Part shown: positions 41,105-48,982 of the stretch, piece by piece
Layout: each line of letters begins with the position of its first letter
How positions within the stretch are numbered: position 1 is the first letter of the stretch
Assembly (NCBI GenBank): GCA_964106645.2
Contig: OZ067039.1
Length of the DNA stretch: 64,000 bases
From: Podarcis pityusensis
Lineage: Eukaryota
Direction: 5' to 3' (one strand)
Position numbers and translations under genes: made by a program
Notes under the pieces: generated by a model
What the model was told of the DNA's origin: nothing
The model's input: the letters and a program-made list of their open reading frames with translations, nothing else
The model's database searches: none

Positions 41105-42960
41105 AAATAGTCAAGCTAAAGACACAAGCTTAAAGAATCTCACAGACTATGACACTGTCCTACTGCTGTCCCAGAGCATAGGGCTATTAGAAAGGAATAC
41201 CCTCAGGACATTTTCTCCAGTGTCTAGCCTACCTATTATTTTTATTACTAAATTTACTAACTTTATTCATAGATCTCAGGGAGGTTCACAACATAAAATT
41301 ACAACATAAAATATACAATAAAATTAAGAACAAAAACAAGCCAATAATCCCCCCTCCCATAACACATTTAAAAGGGCATCAGATGTCCATAAGCCAAAGG
41401 CCTGGTGGAAGCAGAGTGTTTTCACCTGGCACCTACCTCATGGATGGAGGCCACAGCAAGCTACAGGATTTCTCAGATGGGGAAAACTTCCACTGAAAAA
41501 AGCAAACACAAAAAGGCAGCTTCAAGGATTGTTAAGTTCCCAGCACATTTTGAGTATGGCTTCATCAAAGGAAAATTATCATTTTTGCTCCTTCATAAAA
41601 AAAACTGCTCCATAAAAGCTACATGCTACCACTGCTTTAAGAAGGCTGATTAAGGAACAAATATGAGCATTTTACCCCCGATAAAAGACATACTCAAAAT
41701 GCATTGAGAATTCAGCAAACTTTCAGCTGTCCTTTTATATTTCCTTTTTTCCCCTGTGGATTTTAAAAGCCACTTTCAATAACCCTTCTTCTTGTTAAGA
41801 CCTTAACCACCTGAAAATGGTATCTAAATACAAAGTATAAGAGACAGAAAAAAAGGAACAGAAAAGTGTGTTTTGGGGACCCAAGTCCAAGAAAGGTTTT
41901 AAAAACATAACCACTTAAGAAATATTTTGTTTAAAAGAAATAAAATACAACGTCAAACAATTCTATGACAAGGGCCCCGGACCTTCAGTGCAAACTATTT
42001 TGTTCATAGGAGTGCATGAACAGTGAGCAACTTTAGTTACCAGCGTAATCTCTCTGAGATCAGTTACTTAACTTTCCCTGCCCACAACATCTGCAACATC
42101 AGGCACTCAACCTAAGCCATTCATCTTTAAAATATGTTTTGAATTGCAGTAACAGACTGTTGCTACCTAGTTCCCTTGAATAGAATTTGATTTACTACAA
42201 AGATGCCATGCTGGGGGTGGGCTGGGCTCTTTTGGAGTCATTAAGAGAAAATACTATAAAAGGAATCCCCTAGAGAAACTGTTTCTAGGGTCAGGAAATG
42301 TGAAAAAAATAAAAGTGGTTAAGTGGTGGTCTACTTTAAGAAGTGATTATTCACAGTGCACCTGTAGGAAAAGAAGAAACTCTCTACTGATTCTTCTTAA
42401 GAAGGAGAGACAGACAGAGAGAGGGAGAGAATTCAAAAGTTTGATTACTATAAAGGAAAAAGAAATATTTGGCCTACGTGTTATTTAAATATTAATGTCC
42501 TCTGCCTAAGCAAAAAGTAATATCTAATACGCACTGAATACTTTCCAAACAGCCTTCACAGGTTTATGGCTAAAATCCACAAATCCATTTACTTTAGAAT
42601 AATCTTACTAAAGTCAACAGGACTTCTCGGGAGCAAGAGTGTTCCAAATATGGTTTGTGTGTATTTCTTGAAAAGGAAACAATTATTTTATTTTTTTAAT
42701 GACTGGGATGCATTTCAATCAAAGCACATGCAAAACTAATTTGTAAAGGAAACAACTTTTGTTTCAGCTTTAAAAAAATGAGAGCAGGAGGTGTAGAGCA
42801 GGCAGTGAAGCAACTTTGAAAAAACAACAAAGCGTGTTCTCCCTAGCAGAGAGCACGTGTTGCGGTTGGGAACAGGCCACCCTCCAGTGACTAGGCAAAT
42901 TTAGTTGAATCCCGACCATTTAAATGGTTAAACTGGGTTGCTGGGGTGTTTTGATTGTTG

Positions 42961-42993
42961 CCAATTCGGAGGAGGGGTCAGAGTCTATATATA
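42961..42993 (+). promoter_or_regulatory. Candidate internal promoter of the YR element (CCAAT + TATATATA)
   Basis: CCAAT 42961-42965 and TATATATA 42986-42993, ~130 bp inside the 5' end; motif match only. Confidence 0.35.
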
Positions 42994-43494
42994 CAGGGGC
43001 CAGACGTTGGCACGGCCTCTTGGCCGTTTTGCATCGGATCACATGGAGCACTTGGACAATCTTCTCATTGTCTGGTTACATTTCTTTATTTCTTTATTTT
43101 CCCCTTCTTTTTAATCCTCTCTAGTCCCTTAAATAATTTAATTCCCCCCTTTTCCTGTTCAATTTCCCACCCCACCCCTTACCCTACCCCGTAGGAAGAT
43201 TCTCCCTGTATCTGTGGCTTGCCTTTCCCAATAGGGAGAGAGCCCCCGTTAGGGGCTTTCTTTCGCAAAAAGGTTTCCCCCATTTCTCTTGTTGAAATTG
43301 TGGGGCTAGTCAGGGCTGTTCCCAGCTTAGCTGGTATCACTTTCGTTTATAGTATCCCCGAAGGTTGGCTTTATGGCTCCCTGTGCCTCCAAGGACTATG
43401 AGCACTCTGTATATGCTCTTGAACTATGCTGTTTCTGAACAAGTTTATTTTCTTTAAGTTTGTTTTGCCCTGATAGTGGCGACTGCCATTTTAG

Positions 43495-43575
43495 AGATGA
43501 GCCATTGTGGCTTAGTGGCTAAAGTGTAGGACTAGGACCTGGGAGACAGGGTTCATATACCCCTCTTAGCCATTG
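43495..43575 (+). mobile_element. tRNA-derived SINE head nested in the YR element
   Basis: gtggcttagtggctaaagtg..ggactaggacctgggagacagggttca, similar to the head of the 26053 SINE. Confidence 0.55.
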
Positions 43576-44059
43576 TTATAACAAAACAAAACAAACTGCT
43601 CCTTTTGGGCTATTCTGTTGCTGGGTAGTTCGGCCCATTTGTGATAAAAGAACTTTGGGTTTCTTGAAGGGGTGCTTCCCTCTAAAAGGGCAAGCAGGGG
43701 TACCTGGACAAGCTGTGGGCTACCTCAACTCTGCTATTTCACTGGAAACATTTATGCCTGGCCTAGCAGGTGACCATAGGGCTTTGCCCTAGAATTCGAT
43801 GGCCTGGAAGCGTTTCCGGCCTCAATAGTGTCCCCATGTGGTCCATGAAGCATTGGTTTCACTGGGTCAGCGGATAGTGCCGGTAATGCCTAGGTTGCAG
43901 GATTGGTCCCTGTATGGGACAGCTGCATGCTCCCCCATTGCTCTACCTGGACACTTAAGTCCTTTTGGTGGTTACCTCACTGCGAGGGATGTAACGGGCG
44001 CCATGTTTGCAATATGCAACTGGGAGAAAGCACCTTTGCGTGCGTTGCAGAGCACGGCG

Positions 44060-44650
44060 CTGCACGGGCTGCAATTGCATTGCATTGCTAGGAGATTTGC
44101 AGTTGCATTGCACGGAGTGTGTAGTTGCATTGCACGGAGGGTGTAGTTGCATTGCACGGAGTTTGTTGTCTCATTGAACAGAGGGTGTGCAGTGCACGGA
44201 GTGTGTAGTTGCATTGCATGGAGTGTAGTTGCATTGCATGAAGGGTGTGTGCATTGCAGGGAGTGTGTAGCTGCATTGCATGGAGGGTGTAGTTGTATTG
44301 CACAGAGTGTGTTGTTTTGTTTTGTTTTTGCATTGCACGGAGTGTGTGTGCATTGCACAGAATATGTAGTTGCATTGAACAGAGGGTGTGCAGTGCACGG
44401 AGTGTGTAGTTGCATTGCATGGAGTGTAGTTGCATTGCACGAAGGGTGTGTGCATTGCAGGGAGTGTGTTTTGCATTGCACGGGGTGTGTAGTTGCATTG
44501 CACGGAGGGTTTGTGTGTGCATTGCACGGAGTGTGTAGTTGCATTGCACAGAGCGTGCTTTTTTGCATTGCACGGAGTGTGTAGTTGCATTGCATGGAGA
44601 GTGTGTGCACTGCACGGAGTGTGTTTTTTGCATTGCACAGAGTGTGTGTC
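44060..44650. repeat. Minisatellite, ~20-22 bp unit GTGTGTAGTTGCATTGCACGGA
   Basis: Roughly 25-30 degenerate units; higher-order ~95-bp block duplicated at 44172 and 44373. Confidence 0.92.
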
Positions 44651-44898
44651 TGAAAAGGAAGCTGGCTTGGCGGCAGCTTGGTTGGGACTTCTTTAGGGGT
44701 TCTGGCCAGCATCGGCCCTGTAAATTTACATATGATGGCAGCACAAGATGCCCCCTGCCCAAGCGGGGGCTGGAAGCTGGCAAGCAATAGCTCAATACCT
44801 TTTGCCCATATTCCCATTTTTAGGGATCCAGTTGGATATCGTTGCTAAAACATACCACTTGGCTATGGAGAAGCTGTCTGCCTTGAAGGAAGTTAATT

Positions 44899-45403
44899 TG
44901 TAATACTTCCTCTGTAGCAAGTGATGCTTCACCAGATCCGATCTTGCTGGGTCACTTAACTAATCTTCCCACTAGGCCAGGCTGCCTAGATTTCACCCCT
45001 CCCATATCCAAGAATCTCCTGAGGAGTCTGCTGATTCTCCAGAGAGGAGGAGGCGTGTTCTGGTCTCTACTTATTCTGCTCCAGCACCAAGTCAGTCACT
45101 CAGTCAGTGTCGGAGAGGGAGAGAGACTGAGTGTTAGAGATCATGTGTAGAGATAAGGTTGCTGCTAAGGGCAGCTGCAGACACTCAGTGCAGTGCAGCA
45201 TTTATTTATACTTAGACCTATTAAGCTCTGTATATAGTTTGTATAGTTGTAGATAGAATAAAGAAGATATTCTACAGAGCTGCTCTCCGAGTTGTTTATA
45301 TACTCTGCTAGACTCTGCTGTACTCTGCTGTGCGACGACTGTCCTTTTGTTGGAGTGAATCCGGTGCTCACAACTCTAAGCTGTGAGTCCACAGTACTTT
45401 GAC
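44899..45403 (+). mobile_element. LTR-like insertion interrupting the RT-RNase H region
   Basis: Interrupts the pol-like sequence between ...EKLSALKE and downstream pol remnants; starts TGTAATAC, AATAAA at ~45257; no clear TSD, boundaries approximate. Confidence 0.4.
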
Positions 45404-45539
45404 CTGTTCCTGTGCAGAAGGTGGTCTCTGGAAGTGCTACCCAGCTCGCCTAGCCCAGTTGGGGCTGAAGTGGATGAGTCCAGTTGGTGGCACTGGCTCA
45501 AGGGCGATGCTGACAGAGGTCCCCTTACCTTTGTGTATG

Positions 45540-46030
45540 CCTACCAAGTGTGGTGAAGGCAGATATCAGGCGATGGTAGCAATTCCTGAATGTATGCAAT
45601 AGTAGTTCGCCATGGCAGGATACCTTGAACCCGCTCAGGGATTTTCAGGTTCATGCTGGTGCTGCTGGATCTTTGCCCTTTGGTTTTATTTCAAGGGCTG
45701 CTGGTGTGCAAAGCTATGGCCTCAAGCCTGGTGTGGTGAGGCAATCATGTGACATAACTTTTCTTGAGTTTTCCCCATTGTAGTAGCAGTTCACGTGGCC
45801 CGAGGAGTTCAGTGACCATCGGATCTGCTTTTGGTCTGATAACCAGGTAGTGGTGAGCGTCTTGGCAAAACAGTCCTCATGCTGTAGCACAGTCTCTGCC
45901 CCTCCGCTCATGCTTTCGAGCTGCGCCACTTAAGGTTTAATATTGTGCTTTCTACTCTCCAAATTACGCTGACACTATTCGATTTTCAGATGAAGCGCTT
46001 CAGATCCTGGGCTCCAGACTCAGCTATTGC
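45540..46030 (+). pseudogene. RNase H domain remnant of the YR retroelement
   Basis: Frameshifted KADIRRW*QFLN, DFQVHAGAAGS..FGxYFKGCWCAKLWPQAW, DITFLEFxPIVVAVH.WPEEFSDHRICFWSDNQVVVSVLAKQSS, FQMKRFRSWAPD: the DIRS/Ngaro RNase H signature. Confidence 0.85.
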
Positions 46031-46039
46031 CAGACTTTT

Positions 46040-46945
46040 CCAGACCTGTGGCATTTTGACAACAATTAGTAATTTCAGAGAGCGGCAGCTTCCATTTCCC
46101 CTTCTGCTTTTACCTCTTATGGGAAGGCCTGGATGGATTTCTTAGCCTTAAGCTGGCAGTTCTCGGCCATTCAGAAGAATTGGCCCCCATCCTCTGAGCA
46201 GATCCTGCAGTATTTGGTCCACCTGCTGCAGATTGGGCATGCGGTTATAACTATCCGAATTCAGTCCGCTGCAATGTCTGTTACATTGAAGCTTTATTTT
46301 TCAGAGACCCTTGTATAAAGTTTGCAGTGCGCAGGGCCTTGGAAGGTTGGAATAGGCTCCAACCTCATAGGACAGTGGGCAGGAAGTCGGTCAATTTTTA
46401 CCTATGCAGTATCTGCAACAAGTTAAAACTTGTCTGCGGGTTAAAGATCAAGGTGAGACTACTTTCAGGAGTCCATTGCATTTTCGCACTGAGGGTTGGG
46501 GAAATGGTTGTTGGAGCCAGCACGGGGCTGAAAGTCTGGAGGCTTATTGCTTCAGGACTTTTCCTTATCCTTTGGAGCTTGTCATTAGAGTTGGTAACTC
46601 TAAAACAGACTTAGTGGGCAGGAGTGCCACAATCAGGCTTCCCGCCACAGGTGAGGAGGGCCCTTGCCCGGTTATGGATAACAGAATATTTGGCTTTTTA
46701 TTCCCTGGGGGCTGGCCCGCTCCAGTGCATGAAAATGGGTTCCTGTTAGCCCGGCATCAATGTGCTTACGTCGTGCACCAGTTATTACAGCCTGCGGCTT
46801 GCTTACCGCTGTACACTCCTCATTCCTTACGATTAGGTGCTGCTGCAAAGGCTGCACACTGGGGGCCTGTCAGTAGACAGGATTGTGAATACGGGTCATT
46901 GGAAGTCTGACGCTGACAAGGGTTATATCAGGAAGTGTCACAATG
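46040..46945 (+). pseudogene. Tyrosine recombinase (YR) remnant
   Basis: FALRVGEMV (box I Arg), SKTDLVGR, PCPV, HSLRLGAA (HxxR), GHWKS...GYIR (Trp/Tyr); several frameshifts. Start approximate. Confidence 0.9.
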
Positions 46946-46987
46946 ATGTCTGTGCTGATGCTTGTCTGTTATTTCCTTTTTTCATAG

Positions 46988-47298
46988 GAGCAGCTGTGCA
47001 CATTTGAGCCACAGCATTGTACACTAGGCTGGCAAGCATGTTGACGAGTTTGGACTGGGGCGCCATCTCAGTCTTCCTGCCCATGTGAACATATACTGGA
47101 TGTCCAGATGGGGAATGCTTTGGGAGGAGATCCTTCCTTTGGTGCGGTCGAGTGTGACCTGTGCAGGTCCTCCCGCAGTGCTGGTGGTACAGCTGGGCGA
47201 GAATGTTTGCTGTCTTCCTCCAGCATAAGTTTGCATTCCTGCATGCAAGAGGGCTTGGATTGAGTTGATGGCAGCTCTCCCTGGACTCAAAATAATTT
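46988..47298 (+). pseudogene. SGNH/GDSL hydrolase copy 1, N-terminal half, disrupted
   Basis: VHIx(G)HSIVH*AG...LGRHLSLPAHVNIYWMSRWGMLWEEILP...GPPAVLVVQLGEN...LPGLKII; clear paralog of 48071-48645. Confidence 0.85.
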
Positions 47299-47299
47299 A

Positions 47300-47581
47300 A
47301 GGCATTGGTTCAAGGTGGTCTGGAGGGGGGGTTGGAGCACCTGTCCCCTCCAATGCGCAAAGATGTTCCATTAAGGGAATCCAAGGATTCGCCATGCTTT
47401 TGTCGATCCCTTTTGAGGGGTAAGGCCATGCAAGAGTCCCTGGGAGCATTTGGGGTGAGCTTGAGTCTGATCCTGGTTCATTGCTCCCCCATGCTGTTTA
47501 CTGGAACTGACGATATGGTGGGGCCCAGTCGTCAGTGCTGCCCTGCTGAGGTCAGGTGCAGCTAGTCGGGAACCAATGCCT
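47300..47581 (+). ncRNA. Candidate structured cis-RNA element, diverged copy A
   Basis: aggcattggtt/aaccaatgcct closing stem; tggagggg/cccctcca; ttcc-attaag-ggaa; ggattc/gagtcc; ggggtgagc/gctccccc; actgacga/tcgtcagt; gctgc-cctg/cagg-t-gcagc, then tagtc. Same order as copy C. Confidence 0.55.
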
Positions 47582-47971
47582 AGACAAACTACCACCGAGC
47601 AGGCCTGAAAGCATGTTAATAAGGCGGTGGATAATAGAATAAAATAAATAAAGTAAATAAAATAACAAATAAAATAAAATAGGTCTTTGCTTTAGGTGGT
47701 TCTGTAATATTGCACCCTCCTAATTTTCTTCAAGGCTATTGCCCTCTTTAGGGCAGATGGGGTGCATCTTTCCCCTATGGGGAACGACACCTGGCGGGAT
47801 GCGATTGCCTTGGGATTCATTGCTCCCCCACAATGTTTGCTGGTACTGACGATATGGTGGGGCCCAGTCGTCAGTGCTGCCCTGCTGAGGTCAGGTGCAG
47901 CTAGTCGGGAACCAATGCCTAGACAAACGTACCACCAAGAAGGCCGGAAAGCATGTTAATAAGGCAGTGGA
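47477..47971 (+). repeat. ~155-bp direct repeat pair (47477-47631 and 47816-47971)
   Basis: Both read ttcattgctccccc...actgacgatatggtggggcccagtcgtcagtgctgccctgctgaggtcaggtgcagctagtcgggaaccaatgcctagacaaac...gaaagcatgttaataaggc.gtgga, with a long identical core. Confidence 0.93.
47681..47815 (+). pseudogene. SGNH hydrolase copy 1, displaced C-terminal fragment
   Basis: VFALGGSVILHP..ALFRADGVHLSPMGNDTW, containing the DxxH block V. Confidence 0.8.
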
Positions 47972-47997
47972 AATAAAATACAGGTCGTTGAAATCGA

Positions 47998-48645
47998 ATG
48001 CATTCAAAGATTATGTTCGTTAACATTATTGGTGTCTTACAATTTTTGCTTGTTTTATCTTATTTATCAGGTTTAGCGGTGACCCGTGTTTGGATTGTGG
48101 GGCACAGTATCGTCCATTGGGCTGGCGTCGCAGCACGGCAATCTGGATTGGGTCCAGATTTTGGCTTTCCTCCACATATTCGCTTGTCTTGGCTGTCCAG
48201 ACGTGGGATGCGCTGGTCGGAGTTCCTGCCAAGTATCCGGAGGCAGTTGCTCTTGGAGGGGCCGCCACCTGCTATTGTGGTGCAGCTTGGTGAGAACGAC
48301 CTGGTGCCCATGGACTGTTTGTCACTACGTGCTGCAATTTTGGGTGACCTGGAGACGCTGCGTGCAATGGTGCCGACAGCGAAAATTTTTTGGTCAAAGC
48401 TTTTGCAACGCTGCGTTTGGAAGGGCAGTCGTTGCCCGGCTGCCACTGAAAGGGCCAGAAAACGCATCAATTCTGCTGTGGTCAAAAAAGTTTTGGAGCT
48501 GGGTGGCGATGCAATTTCCCACCCCGAGATTCTTTTTGAGAGGCCATCCTTTTTCCGAGCTGATGGCATGCACCTTTCCGCTTCAGGGAATGAGGCTTGG
48601 ATTGGTGCGGTGGTGACCAAGCTGAGGTCTTGGTTGGGGCTGTGA
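47998..48645 (+). CDS. Intact SGNH/GDSL-family hydrolase (esterase) ORF, copy 2; domain-coding part starts after the acceptor-like site at 48071
   Basis: 215-aa open frame; block I VWIVGHS (Ser), block II RRGMRW (Gly), block III QLGENDL (Asn), block V ADGMHLS (Asp/His) all intact. Confidence 0.85.
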   Translation: MHSKIMFVNIIGVLQFLLVLSYLSGLAVTRVWIVGHSIVHWAGVAARQSGLGPDFGFPPHIRLSWLSRRGMRWSEFLPSIRRQLLLEGPPPAIVVQLGENDLVPMDCLSLRAAILGDLETLRAMVPTAKIFWSKLLQRCVWKGSRCPAATERARKRINSAVVKKVLELGGDAISHPEILFERPSFFRADGMHLSASGNEAWIGAVVTKLRSWLGL

Positions 48646-48982
48646 GTGGTTTGGCGGTGAGCTGAGGGCTCCATGGCGGTTAGGCATTGGTTTAATTGGT
48701 GCTTGGAGGGGTAAGTGCCTACCCCTCCAAATGATGCGAATGGGAATTCCGTTAAAGGAAATCCAGGGGCTTGCCATTCTTTCGTCCTTGTCCCCGGAGT
48801 CGGACTTGGGCCGTGCAAGCCCCACAGGAACATGAGGGTGAGAAGTAATGGTCTGGTGCCCAGCTTTATTTCTCACCCAATACTTGTTTCCCACGCTGGC
48901 TTCCGCTGGTGTCCGGAAGGCCAGCTCTGTCCCTGAGGGCAAGGACAGATAGTCATAACCAATGCCTAAGCAACCACTCACA
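48641..48982 (+). ncRNA. Candidate structured cis-RNA element (multi-hairpin, closed by long-range stems), copy C
   Basis: Stems 48641-51/48972-82 (11 bp), 48680-92/48957-69 (13 bp), 48703-13/48720-30, 48766-74/48815-23, 48836-48/48866-78, 48895-905/48914-25, 48926-32/48943-49. Confidence 0.6.

Noticed and set aside
43838-44817. Long Cys/His-rich ORFs on both strands (up to 281 aa)
   Set aside because: Translations of the minisatellite; periodic low-complexity sequence lacking stops, with no domain signature.
47506-47612. CTGACGA / CTGCTGA ... GAAA in the direct repeats, resembling a hammerhead core
   Set aside because: CTGACGA is paired with TCGTCAG in a hairpin and not followed by stem II-GAAA; the motif is absent from copy C.
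47477-47971. Direct repeats as CRISPR array or as canonical Ngaro split direct repeats
   Set aside because: Eukaryotic context, only two 155-bp copies, internal to the element and without a counterpart at the termini.
48060-48833. 257-aa minus-strand ORF
   Set aside because: Antisense shadow of the GC-rich hydrolase ORF; no motif.
48940-48956. agatagtc resembling the group I intron S element
   Set aside because: No matching P7 partner or P3/P4/P6 topology could be built.
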